Shown here one piece after another: positions 9,909 through 22,275 of a stretch of 34,285 nucleotides of DNA; positions within the stretch are counted from its first letter, which is position 1; each line of letters opens with the position of its first letter. The stretch is taken from assembly GCA_001929475.1 (NCBI GenBank), contig LXFE01000834.1:1-34285 (forward strand). The letters run 5' to 3'. Below the pieces are notes generated by a model. That model saw only the letters and a list, made by a program, of their open reading frames with translations. It made no database searches and was not told the origin of the DNA. The translations under genes and the position numbers were made by a program. The stretch comes from Neolecta irregularis DAH-3 (taxonomy: Eukaryota).

Positions 9909-12457
9909 ATGTCAGCTAAAAAAAGTATCAGCCTTTATTCTGTCAAATCCGACATCACGGAAGACAACCCCAAGACACCTGCTCCTGCCTGCAGGCTTAG
10001 GCCCCTGATTGAACTTCAAGGTCTGCACGAGGCCAGAATAACGTCTGCATCTAGTTCGGAGGATGGAGCTCCGATGACGGGGGAGGCAGAGATTCTTGTG
10101 GAAACTTGTACTGCTGTTCCGCTAGTTGTTCAGGCAGAGCTCAGTAACCCGATCCAGGAGGACATTTTCCAAGGGATTGTCCAAGTCAGGGAGAACTCTA
10201 TACGGAATCCTTCAATTTCTAGACTTCATGAGACGCCCCGCTCCTTCTTCACAACCAATGGCCTCGAAAATTCCATTAACGTATGTGGATCTTCATCCTC
10301 AAAGCTTGTCGGTTAGGAAACTCGAGAGAAAGTAGGCCTTATTTCAAAAGAATGCCGCGAAAAGAATCGTCGTTTTCGAGACCGTCATTTTGATCTTGAG
10401 AACGATCCCGCATACTGCCTTATGAAATTTGGAGGACTGGCCCCAGAAACGGAACCAGCAGGAGCTCTGCGAATTCACCGGGTACATACTCTCCACCAGA
10501 GAGTATAACCAATGAAGATCTTTGAACACCCGCAAATTTTCGTTAATGGCGTGTCTGCTGGAGATATTGTTCAAGGCGGGCGTAAGTTGAATATAAACAA
10601 TTGATGTTCTGATATGGTAGGCGGGAATAGTTGGTTTCTCTCTGCAGCTGCTAGTATCGCCTCTATTCCGGGTATGATCGAACGTATTTGTGTTGCACGG
10701 GATGAGGAGATTGGAATCTATGGGTTTGTGTTCTTCAAAGACGGGGAATGGTATTCTTCTTTATCTCAGCTACTTCTCTGAACCAGAGGATTTCGTCTAT
10801 TGTCGACGATTTTCTCTTTGTCAAGAGCGAAACCTTCGAGCAGGCTCAGCTCCCAGCCGACCGACACTGCGGGAATCCAAAGAGGATGGTCGAATCCTCG
10901 AACTCCAGAGGCTCTTCGGCACTGTTCTTTTCTCAGTGCGCCGATGACAATGAAACCTGGCTTCCGTTGCTCGAAAAAGCCTACGCTAAAGCTCATGGAG
11001 ATTATCAAAGCCTCTACGGCGGCTATCCCGGTGATGGAATTGAGGATCTAAGCGGAGGAGGTGCTAGTCATGTTTATCGGCGAGTGACAGTTTAGTCACT
11101 GATCAACTTTCTACTTCCGATATTCTTGACGAGGATGCTTTTTGGACAAACGAACTTCTACGAGCCAATAAAGATCTCCTTTTTTCATGTTGGGTAGCTG
11201 AATCTCACGGAGAAGCTATTATTGGATCAAATGGTCTTGTACATAATCATGCCTACAGTGTTTTGAAGGCTGTCGAAATTAAAGGTCGGAGACTTTTGAT
11301 GATTCGGTAAGTTCTTTGCAGAACCGCAGCTTATCTATACAGAAACCCTTGGGGAAACACCGAATGGAAAGGCCGATGGAGTGATGGAAGTTCTCAATGG
11401 ACTCCAGAATGGATGACCACCTTGGGACACAGATTTGGCAATGATGGGGTTTTCTGGATGGAATGTAGGCAGATCTTCTGCGATTCTTGCTTATGATTAG
11501 ACAGTGACTTCTTCCTAGAATTTAATGTCGTTGACCGAACTCGTTTATTCGATGGTACGTGGACGATCGAATCTCACTGGATGGAGGTGAGACCGAATTT
11601 TCCAGCAACTTTCGACGAATTTTCTTTTGAGCTCACGGTCACTATTGATACTGAAGCCGTGTTCGTCCTGTCACAACTGGATCGGCGATATTTTTCAGGC
11701 CTGCAAGGTCAATGGGACTACAAGCTTGAGTTCCGCATCCTTAAAAAGGGTAGCGATACTTATTCCAGTCGAGCATCTGCACCAGGGTTTGATTACCGAT
11801 CCATCAGCACGGAACTTCCACTTGAAGCCGGAACCTACATTATTTACGTCCGTATTGATCAGAGACTTCGATCAGGAGCTGCAAGTTTCCTTGAAGTTAT
11901 ATCAAGACAGGATGTTCGAGCGATTGGTAAACTTTTGAGAATTGCTAAGAACTATGAGGACGGACGTAAGCAGGTAACATATTTTGTATAAAAATGCAGC
12001 TAAGCTCCAGGCATCCAACGTCTCCGATAGGGAAGAAAACATCTGGAATGCAATTGCTTGTTGTCATGGATCTCTAGATGGTAAACGACCTACCGCGAGA
12101 CACTCGTTCAGGGTATCAGAACCTACTGAAATTCAAGGAGATATCCCAGATAGAAGACCTGAAGCTCCGAAAGTTACCATTGGCCTCCGAGTTTATACGC
12201 ACGATCCGAAAGCTCAGATTGAAGGACATATCAATGGCCTACCGAAACTTTCTAGTCGTCCAAAGTGCGGTACAACCACTGTTACAGCCGGATACCCGGT
12301 TGCATCGAAATTAGTTGCCAGGACCATTGATACAGTCTCCCAAATGACGCCAAACAATAAAACAAACTTAGACAAGGATCTACTAACTCGATCAGGCACC
12401 AAGTCTGGCTTCATGTCCAGGTTGATGTCGCCTCGTCATAACATTTTGACTTCCTAG
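9909..12457 (+). CDS. Calpain-family (peptidase C2) protein, multi-exon, with Ser at the catalytic Cys position
   Basis: ECREKNRRFRDRHFDLE, DIVQGGRGNSWFLSAA, RDEEIGIYGFVFFKDGEW, NETWLPLLEKAYAKAHGDY, GLVHNHAYSVL, IRNPWG..EWKGRWSDGSSQW, NDGVFWME, then a domain III-like region VFVLSQLDRRYF. Confidence 0.9.
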
Positions 12458-12657
12458 AGTCGTTTTGAGACTAAGAATTAGAAGAATGCTGGCGGATTAT
12501 TCATGACAAATGTTGTACTTTTCGTCTGAGTCGTTGTACTTTCAATTATCATACGAAGAAGGTCTTTACATTTAGGATTTAATGAATTATAAACACTAAA
12601 GAAATGAAAATATTATCATGCCTGTTTTCCGAGACATATGCGTAGTAATGCCATTGT

Positions 12658-14535
12658 CTACAAATCCAGATCGTTGTCAACATTTGTACCAACGAACGCC
12701 CGTTGAAGAAATGTCCGCCATAGTGTAAGGCTGTTTTTCTTCGCAGTTTTTATCTCCTTCGTACTTCCGATGTCCACGCCAATACGTCTCGCTAGTTCAA
12801 TATAACTCGAAACCGTCAAATCTTTCATATTATAAGGGGTTTTGTCAGTTGCGTAAAGTGGTTCATATTTGAATTTTCCTCCTGCATTTATTTCTGTCAG
12901 ATTTGCATAGTACTGCGTATAGCGAATAGGTGTAAGTGCTTGATAATCATATGCAGGGCCACGAGATTGACCCTTTGGTGGGTCATCGGGTCGACTTTTG
13001 CTTTGATGTCTAACTAGGCGATTCCTTTTTTTGGTCCTTTTTTTCTTGAAAAGACCTTCAATCTCGTTTTCAGAAAGGATGGAGAGGCTACTGTTTGTAA
13101 TAGAAAGGAACTCCTGGATGTAGGTTGTTTCATCCATGCCTTCAACATCCGCATTCGTCTTGAAAGAATCCGGACCTTGTACGACTAGGGCATGTCGGGA
13201 TGTGGATAGACGCGTCTGTTCTGAGTTTTCGTCTTGATGCTTAAGCCCTTTGGTTTCATATTCCAAGATTCGAAAGCCAGGGTAATAGTTTGGGATAACT
13301 GATGGAACGACGTTAGCAATTGCCCATTGTTCGTCATTGATATTTTTATGCTTCTTTGCAAATTTCTGACATTGCTCTTTGATTTTCTTGAGCCATCCCT
13401 AATAGTTAGACAAGATAAAACTTCTCAGAAAACATGCTTCTGCCCCGCCTTTCATTGTTGTTTCCTTCTCGTGTAGGAAAATGAAAAAGTCAACATTTGA
13501 ATGTCCGAAGACGCTTCCTATAATAACATCTCGAAATTGTTTTGTCCAAATGTCATATTTTTTCCAGCAGCTGGGCGAATAGCTACCTTTCCTGGGTGCA
13601 ACATGACCAGTAAGCCAAACTTTGACTCCACGATCACGGTACTGATAGAGTTGATTTTGAAGCCATTCGAATTGTTGAAACCCCGGTTCTTCAGGCCAGT
13701 CACATCCATCAACAGCGCCGTTATTGTCAAACCAATATATCGTATTCAGAGATATGACCGCAAGTTTATTTGGGATTACTTCGTTGGTAAAATAAACTCC
13801 GTGCTCGACTTCGTGAAACTGGGATTCTGGATAGAATGGACGCCATATCTTGGCAAATCTGCGTGTCGTAGGATTTGGACCGGCAGCAATGATGTTGTCT
13901 ATATATTCAAACGAATCTCAGAAAGGGTATATACGCGGAAATATGTCATTATTCCCGAGACCTAAAGTAATAAGCGCAGGGATACATATATGCATACTCG
14001 GGATGATCGGAATACTCAGCGGTTTTATGGGGTCATCCGTTTTGAAGACTTGGTAAAACATGTCTGCAATTTGCTCATTTAGATCTGCAATTTGCGATGG
14101 GCTTCGTGGAAAATTCTCGTCATTATCATGTCTGAATTTCTTTATTAGCAAGATCAAACTCATAAACGAATACCTGGCGTTATCTCCAGTCCAAACGACA
14201 AAATCAATCTTGTCCTTCCAGTCTCTCTCAATAGTCTTAAATGTTTCGTTCACAAGAGACCAAGGAGCGTCGCAGTCTGAGAGCGGAGCACCGTACTTCC
14301 CAGAGAGTTGGTCGGTTCCCCCTTTGTATTTACGGCGCGTTTGTATAGGATATTGGTGACAATGATTTTCAGTAGTTGCGCCGATGATATAAAATGGATC
14401 TGGATGCAAGTCTGTTAAATGCAGAAATCTCCCGTGAAGTGCAAATGAAAGCCTACCTAACAAGACTAGAAGAAAGTGAAGCGGGGCCTGGAACGCGTTA
14501 AAAGGGGTTATACAACCCAGATACCATGCGAACAT
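12658..14535 (-). CDS. PPN1: Endopolyphosphatase Ppn1 (calcineurin-like metallophosphoesterase)
   Basis: LHGRFLHLTDLHPDPFY, SDCDAP, DFVVWTGDNARHD, LGNND, LTGHVAP, VFGHSNVD, PSVIPNYYPGFRILEY, YTQYYANLT, Y.MKDLTV. The start is either ATG 14535 or ATG 14527 followed directly by intron 14524-14488. GC-AG intron 13437-13399. Confidence 0.92.
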
Positions 14536-16472
14536 TGGCCAAAGGAACGATGTCTGAAAAGAAGGGCAGGAGACCGTAGAATGTTTGACAATAGGGACCC
14601 TGGAAGTAGCGGAATTAGTGGAGGTTGTACAGGCCAAGAAACAAAGACAGTTCTACAACATATTCAAGTGACTGTTTCATAAAGAAGTTATTTTACAAGA
14701 GTTATAACGAATAGATAGCTTCCTTCAAACCTGAAATACCATTTCCAACGATTCAAACACTGAAAGCGACGTATGGCGCACAAAGAAAGAACTCCACCTC
14801 CAAGAACAAACCATCCTATTCCCATCATCAAATGATCCAAGATAAAAAGAATGAAGAAAAGCGATACTCCGTACACATCACGCGTATATTCAGTTCGATT
14901 AGGCGACATGGCGGTGATCGCAGTTTATAGATAGTTTTGTCCCGGTGGCTATAATTGAATAAGTGCTTGCAACGAGTCTAATGCATACTTTTGAAGCGGC
15001 CCTGGGCGGGCTCGATGGAATCACCGTGGTCTTTTCGGGATTCCCTTCCTGAAAAATCAGTCAAATTCGCTGGTCAAGTCCTACTTTCTGAGCATCGTTG
15101 ATTCCCATATGTGAAGTATGCTGGAAATTCGTAGGTTCTCCGATCATCCCTTTTGTTATACGACACCTGAGCCATCAGTCTATGAAGCTGTATATGAACA
15201 AACCTCGAAGACTCGTCTTCTTGTGGTTGGAAGCAGGGGAAAAGGAGCGCCAGCGACATTTTTCTCGGGAACAGCTTGCGAAATGACGGGAGGCAAATAG
15301 ATATAGATTGGCCAGTGCAGGCGACTGCGCAGGCGGAAAAGGCAGAGGGGAGTGAGAGAGTTGCAGAGCTGTTGCAAAAGACAAAAAGACAACGAACTTG
15401 GGTCGGCAGCCTAAAGGTGGTTTGTTGCGCGTTTCATTTAGATATTCAGCCGCATACAAGTATCACACGAAGAATTCATAGAATATACAGGGGTATGCCT
15501 CATGTGTACTTTCCCATAGAAGACGGAGAAACTAGATTGCTATCGTGATTTCGATCATCAGGATGATCCGGGTTAGTGGATACTCAAGCTCTGGCTACAT
15601 TCATGTATGTCCATACAATCTCAGTCAGGATCGACCAATTAGGCTGTTTAATATGAATCAGGGAGAACCGTGTTCATAAGCCTGTCACCGAGAACTGCTA
15701 GCGGCACTTCCAGAACCTAGCTAAATAACATCTGCATCATATACAGACAAAACCACGTCATACACAGGTCTTATTGTCAGGAGGAAATAGAACGTTAAAA
15801 TATATCGATGGCGTTACACAATTGCTTATGGGAATAATATTGTGGTAATGTCCCAAACACGGCATCCAGTAGCGACACAGTGGTATCTTTGTGTTCTTGA
15901 TGCTAGGACTCATACTTCCATGACATACTAGTAGGTGATCTACATTAAATATCCATCAAGTATCGTGAGCAGTAACATGGTTGATCTTCAATTCTCGTTC
16001 ATCCTTTTGAGGCTTATCTTTAGCGATCTCTCTCGTACAGAAAGGATAGTCACTCCAAAGGTACCCTAATAGGGGCAACCGTATTAAAACATAAACTTCA
16101 CCAAACTCGGAAAAGCTTGAGGGATAAATACATCTATTATAACCCCTATTTTAAGAGGGTTTGGCTAAGACTGCTCGCCTTTCAAGGGGGACACATCGTG
16201 AAAGTCACCGCTAGATTCAAGAGCGCGATGGGTTTTATGCTGCCATTAATCGTAGGTATCCAAGGATGAAGGTCAATACACGAAGGTTAATATGAAGGAA
16301 CATGTTTCTCTAGCCCCAGTCATCCGCCATCTGTGAGTAAAAATCACCGCAGCCGAAACACATCTTAATGTGTTGAAAATTCAGTTCTTACCAAGGTTCT
16401 ATTCAAATATCGCTTGGAAAAATATCTAACACTTTCAATGTATTAAACTTTTGGCGGTGTTTTGAATATATC

Positions 16473-16480
16473 TGTGACTG
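16473..16480 (+). promoter_or_regulatory. Homol D box (TGTGACTG, reverse complement of CAGTCACA) upstream of a ribosomal protein gene
   Basis: Exact 8-mer about 90 bp upstream of the RPL1 ATG. Homol D is the established ribosomal protein promoter element of Schizosaccharomyces pombe. Confidence 0.75.
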
Positions 16481-16567
16481 GCTTTTCATTTCTCACCAAC
16501 GCAACACCGAACCCAACAGTCCGGAAGAGACCCGCACACCTTTCTCGCCCAGCGCCAACTATACAAC

Positions 16568-17329
16568 ATGAGGTAAATAGGTTCTTCTGTTCCATATTAA
16601 TCAGCAGTAAAATTTCTGCACGAGATGTTCGAATCAGCATCAGAGAACTCTTGAATGGATCCGAAACGAAAAAGCGAAATTTCGTCGAAACCGTGGAACT
16701 CCAGATTGGATTAGCAAATTACGACCCCAACAGAGATAAGCGCTTCAGTGGAAGTGTTAAATTGCCCTATGTTGCTCGGCCACACTTGAATATCTGTATT
16801 CTTGGGGATGCTCATGATCTTGATCGAGCCAAAAGCTGTGGCTTCGAAGCTATGAGCGTTGAAGACTTGAAGAAACTCAACAAAAATAAAAAGCTCGTAA
16901 AGAAGCTAGCCAAAAAGTACGATGCTTTCGTTGCCTCTGAAGTCTTGATCAAACAAATTCCGCGACTTCTCGGGCCAGGTCTTTCCAAGGGTAGGCATTC
17001 AGTTATTCATTCAAAACTTACAAGATAGTCGGAAAGTTTCCTACCTCTATATCACACAGCGAAGATCTTGCCGCCAAACTGAATGATGTCAAGTCGACTG
17101 TTAAATTTCAGCTCAAGAGTGCGCCTTATCACATCACCCATCACTGACAATTTTAGAGGTTCTCTGCTTGGGAGTCGCTGTTGGAAACATCGCTATGACT
17201 GAGGACCAACTCTTGTCCAACATCATGCTATGTATTAACTTTCTGGTCTCTCTACTTAAGAAGGCCTGGCAAAATGTTGGCTCACTAGTCATCAAAAGTT
17301 CTATGGGAAAACCGTTCCGCCTTTACTAA
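16568..17329 (+). CDS. RPL1: 60S ribosomal protein L1 (uL1/L10a)
   Basis: ATG AG|intron|T AAA gives MSKIS..; [85 protein letters not shown]. Three introns. Confidence 0.97.
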
Positions 17330-17481
17330 ATAGTATACTCTTTATATATCTGAATGTTATGGAATAGACAACCAATCATGTCATGTGTAACCAATGCTTT
17401 GTTTTCCGACAGAGTGGATATAACTTGAGCGTGGCGGTCACACAACACCACCTCCTTTCACCTCCAATTATCTCATTTAAC

Positions 17482-18560
17482 ATGGCCCAATACCATAATG
17501 TCCGCCCAACTTATGGTGGCAATGCCTACCAACCTCAGAGCGGTAGCGGGTTTGGAGAGAGTAGCGATATAATCTCGCAAGTGCGAGCACAAACTTCCAA
17601 AATTGAAGATATACTCGATACTATCTCAGAGCCGATTAAGCCGTGGGTCAATTTCGTCATGCCATAGCTGATGTAATAGTTATCTTCCGGGGATTGGTCG
17701 CTTCCTGATTGTTGTGACTTTTCTGGAAGATGCGCTGAGAATCTTGACACAGTGGAGTGATCAAGTACACTACCTCCAGCGATTCAGAGGCATGTGGTGG
17801 GGCGTAACCCATATGTTTCTACTTCTGAATGTGACTGTACTGCTTATTCTGCGCTTCGTGGCTCAATACAGGCAATGTTCGCAGGATCTGTTCTTGTTGT
17901 CATACGAAAGCATTCCGAAGTCGCTGTCGGCGCACTTCTCGGCGTCGTCGTCTCACAAGCCTTTGGTTATGGATTGCTCTTTAATCTGTCGTTCTTCCTC
18001 CGGTATGTTATTTGTAGACATGTGCCTGACAAGTTAGAAATCTTAGTGTCATCGGGGGTCTTTTGATGGTTCTTTCAGACAGTCTCTCCCAACGGAAAGC
18101 TCTCTTTGCCGGTCTTCCATCTCTTAGCGAAACAGATCGAAAGAAATACTTCCAGCTAGCTGGCAGAGTTCTGTTGATTTTCTTGTTCATGGGATTTATA
18201 CTCGAGGGACAGTGGTCTATATTACGGGTTATTATCAGCGTCATTGGGCTAGTCGCGTGTGTCATGGTTGCAGTGGGTTTCAAAGCTAAATTCTCGGCCA
18301 CCGTTCTTGTTATGATGTTGAGTGTATTCAATGTCCTTATCAACAACTTTTGGAGCGTAAATACTACACATCACACAAGAGATTTCCTCAAGTATATCAC
18401 TACCAAGATCATTACTGAACCAAGATATGATTTTTTCCAGACACTTAGTATTGTGGGTGGGCTCTTGATGTTGGTAAACATGGGACCCGGTATCTCGCTC
18501 ACTAATCCTGTCTGATCAATAGGTGGCATCTCTGTTGATGAAAAGAAGAAGGTATACTAG
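17482..18560 (+). CDS. ERV29: SURF4 family ER cargo receptor Erv29
   Basis: SKIEDILDTISEPIKPYLPGIGRFLIVVTFLEDALRILTQWSDQ, RNLSVIGGLLMVLSDS, YFQLAGRVLLIFLF, DFLKYDFFQTLSIVGGLL, C-terminal GGISVDEKKKVY* with a dilysine retrieval signal. Confidence 0.95.
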
Positions 18561-18651
18561 AAGATGTTTGACATTTGTACCTACCAAAGACGACAAATCG
18601 AGAGAAATTCAGATGGAAAATAATAAATATGTTTTACATCATTTCGCTATT

Positions 18652-18944
18652 TCAGTCTAGATTGTTAAGCTGTTTCTCCAGATCTTGTTCTGTTATTTTA
18701 TGCATCAATTTTTCTTCGTCATTTATATGCAATACTGGAACATCGAATGCGTACATGTCGTGAAACTTCTTGTTTTTCGGGAGTTTGATGTTAATTTCCT
18801 CGAATTCGAACGGGATCTAGATCAGCCAAAAGATTGCCCTAGTCATACTCTGTTGCGAACATTCAAAATTGAAGTCTTTGCGGAGTGGCAAAGTGAACAT
18901 GATGGATGCGAGAATAAAGCTAACCGAGGGATCCGATGTAGCAT
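18652..18944 (-). CDS. Glutaredoxin-like protein (DUF836 / yeast YDR286C-like), 86 aa
   Basis: Two exons (18944-18849, 18816-18652) with a 32-nt intron GTATGA..CTGAT..TAG: MLHRIPRLALFSHPSCSLCHSAKTSILNVRNRIPFEFEEINIKLPKNKKFHDMYAFDVPVLHINDEEKLMHKITEQDLEKQLNNLD*. Has CxxC and Y.FDVPVLH motifs. Confidence 0.88.
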
Positions 18945-19442
18945 TTGGTGGAGTTGGAATCAAAATTCGGTCATACAAAACGCAGCCGTCGACTTGATAT
19001 CACAATCTCACGCTGCCTCCATATATCATTTACTGTAGTCCCAGCCTCCATTAGATGTCCAAACTCCATTGAATGGATAGACTGGACAACTCCAGATAAT
19101 TGCTCCCCTCCCCTCATATTTTCTGACTTGTTCTCGTTTCTACAGATTAGCCTTGTGGCCTTTGATTATACTACTCTCGCTTTTCTCTTTATTCAGTATC
19201 TTTCAAGCTTGTCTATAAATACTAGATGTGTTGGACGTTCTAGCGTCGGAAAATTTAACCTAGAGTTCCAGTTCTAAGCTCCTTCATCGAGAGATCTTTT
19301 TACAACCTGTGCGTATCAACTCTAACTCAGAAATAGTTCACGAGACAAAAGCAAGAGGGAAATGTCTATATAAAATATCACAATTCTTCTCTGCTAGCCA
19401 TATCACAAAACATTTAAAAAGAAAATATGAAAATCCATATGC

Positions 19443-20261
19443 TCACTTTCTCTTTGGTTTCCCGACGATTTGCCACCCATTATCGCTTTCTTGTTGTATC
19501 CGTTCAAACGCCTTATGATCTTCCCATACTTCTTCGTCCCCACTTTCGTTTCGTTCGACGACGATGGGAATGATGACGTTCTCAGGGAGTTGCCGTTTCT
19601 CTGTGAGTATTGTAGATGAATCCTTGTCCTGTTTAGAACCTAAGACCCACGGATTCTCCAGTTGTGCTTGTTGGATATCAGACCGAGTACGTGGCATATT
19701 CTTAAGTAGATCCGAATCAAGTTTCCGCTGATGAAGTCTCAGCTTGTGTTGGCGTTCTGCTTCAAACTGCGCTTTCATAGCTTTTTGCTCTTCTCGTTTT
19801 TTCTGATTTTGTCGTTGTTTCTTGGTCAATTTCTGTTCGATCTTGGGTTTTTTTGCTGTGTTGGCATTGGCATCTGACCCCGACGAAGTGATCACTAGCG
19901 TACGGGAAGACCCAGTTGATTCTAGCATTGTATAGATTGCCCTTGAAGACCCCGCAGAACGTGACGATGATGGTCTTCGAGATGATTCACTGCTCCTCTC
20001 AGAAAGCCGGAGTTCACGAACAGCACTGGTGCTATCAGAATCCGTTGCCGTCGTCTCGCTCTTTGTCTTGTCTGCTGCGCGTTTCTTGCGTTTCCTCTGT
20101 ATTTCTGAGGGAAAGTTTCCTGGTAAATCTACTTTTGTGGCGTGATGGTGCGAGTGATCATGAGGCCAGATCTTACGCAGAGTCTGAGGATTGTAGTAGA
20201 AGAAAAAAGATCCACCAATGACGAGGAACACGCTCCAGTTGACAATTATTGATGCAGACAT
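19443..20261 (-). CDS. Hypothetical protein with N-terminal membrane anchor, Ser-rich region and basic coiled coil
   Basis: Intronless 272-aa ORF. Hydrophobic IIVNWSVFLVIGGSFFFYY, and LTKKQRQNQKKREEQKAMKAQFEAERQ. Confidence 0.8.
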   Translation of the reverse strand: MSASIIVNWSVFLVIGGSFFFYYNPQTLRKIWPHDHSHHHATKVDLPGNFPSEIQRKRKKRAADKTKSETTATDSDSTSAVRELRLSERSSESSRRPSSSRSAGSSRAIYTMLESTGSSRTLVITSSGSDANANTAKKPKIEQKLTKKQRQNQKKREEQKAMKAQFEAERQHKLRLHQRKLDSDLLKNMPRTRSDIQQAQLENPWVLGSKQDKDSSTILTEKRQLPENVIIPIVVERNESGDEEVWEDHKAFERIQQESDNGWQIVGKPKRK

Positions 20262-22275
20262 TGCAGAGTAGAATGGGCGATGGGTAGAGGTTAGGAGACT
20301 ACGTGTTCCACTGATGGAAAAAGTGGGGGGTTCAGGTCACCCCCCTCTACCTTTTGGCGATCAAAGGATATGATTTGAGACGCTTTGAAACATGTCTCAC
20401 GTCAATTGCACAGCTTCCTCACACTAAAGCTCTGAGGTGGCACAGACATGATTCAAGCAGTCATAGGAGGATAGTTCTCCCAAAAGGAGAATTTCCCTTT
20501 GATGTTATATATTTTTCGGTCTTTGTCTGACCGCTCCATATGGCTGTTTTTTTATGTTATGCAAGTAGCGCCGTACCTGCTCTTTTATCAGGACATATCA
20601 AGGCAACAACCAACAAATGTTTTCTGTTTGTTCCAAATCAAACTCTACCAATGAGACTCGCCTGTTACCCTGGCAACAACAGCAGGATCAGCACTTGACA
20701 CAGTCTCAACCTTCACTATAAGCCACCAAAAAGCGTCGTCACAAGGTCAAACCTGTCACCTATTCTTGATACATGATTGGTTTTGAATGGTCATTCTCTG
20801 TGTAACAACATTTCTGAACCACACATTCCATAATCACTTGAATGACTCTTGAATGAAAAGCACTGCCTGATCATGCACTGTAGCTTAATTTATCCTGGTT
20901 TATTCAAGAGCTAGCTCTTCTAAATTAAATGGCAAGTGAGCTGATATGCAAACTCTAATTGAAAGCAATGATCACTGGTCCAGCCTTGACGCTGATATTC
21001 TACAGTTTAGTTTCTTCTTCCGTGAGAACGAAGGAAACCTTTCCCATAAGATTTGCTGGTGTGGTACAGCGCGATATTGCTAACTGGGTGAATTGCGTTG
21101 ATAACTTGTCGATGAAAGCATAAACTAGCTCGGAAATACTTTTGACTATCATACTGCAGGAACAATTGCTTCGGTTCCCTCGATTGTTAACGGAAGAAAT
21201 GCTTGAAGCCCAAGATTAGGGCTTGTGGGACAGTATATAATGAATACCACGGTGAGGTAAATAGGGATCGAGCAGACTGCAGTAAATTGTACCTTAAATG
21301 CAGATCGAATGAATGTATTGTGTCTACTTATATTAGCACATATCGATGATCCACGAAAAACTTGACTTCCCCTCGGTTATGAGGATATTTGCAGCTGCTA
21401 CGATGATAGTCTTGTGCATAGTAAGAGTTACCGCGTCTAAGTATGCTGAAATACCCACTGACACGAGAAATTATGCCAATATCGACCATTGCAGCTATAA
21501 AAGAACTGAACAGGATTTTCTCGCAGATGGAGTCCGCATACCGACTGAATAACTGTACTTAGTGTGGTGACATGAATAGCTGCAGTCTGTCGGTTAACAG
21601 TCGTTCCATCTAGCTGATGCTTAGTGAAACACCAGCTGCAATGAGCTGATCAGGAGCAAATTGGCGAAACCTAGCTTATTGAAAGTTTCTTCGAGATATT
21701 CCAGCGTTAAGGCGAATTGCCACATAATCCACAAGGCTTATCGGAACATTGAAGAATGTTCAAGTCACTCATGGCTTTCCCCTATCCAATCCACACACAG
21801 CAGAAAAGGAGTGGCGAGAACTGGTACAAAGAGCAAGCAAGATATATCCAACAGATATCATCTTGCGACGAATCTTTGTCTTTCCAGGGGAACTTGATGG
21901 GAGAGCAGAAAGATGAACAAGGCAACGGAGTCAGTTGATGAAAAAAAGCCAAGTTGCAAGCGCTATCAAGCCGGAATCAGCCGGATCTTTATACGAACAG
22001 CCCCAAAGTGTTTCCCACAAGTTTCTGATGAAGTGAGGCTAGAAGTTTGCCAGTGTCAGACTCTACTGTCCGGAATCAGGGGTCACTGAGGAGCGAAGAT
22101 AGGGAGATGAGGAAGTTGTACCGTCCAATACAAATTGCTTCCACTCAAGGATGATGAATGAACAACGGAGTGATTGAGTTCACCATGGTTACTTCAAGTG
22201 GTTCGCATTAAATCGGTGCAATAATTTGACTAATCGGCCGTCCCCGCCTCCTCACAAACTGCCTATTCGTTCGAC

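Noticed and set aside
10629..10631. A-to-I RNA editing restoring the calpain Cys
   Set aside because: Editing AGT would give GGT (Gly), not Cys.
20324..20351. Hairpin GGGGGGT-N7-ACCCCCC
   Set aside because: Short homopolymer stem that could arise by chance, with no RNA gene features.
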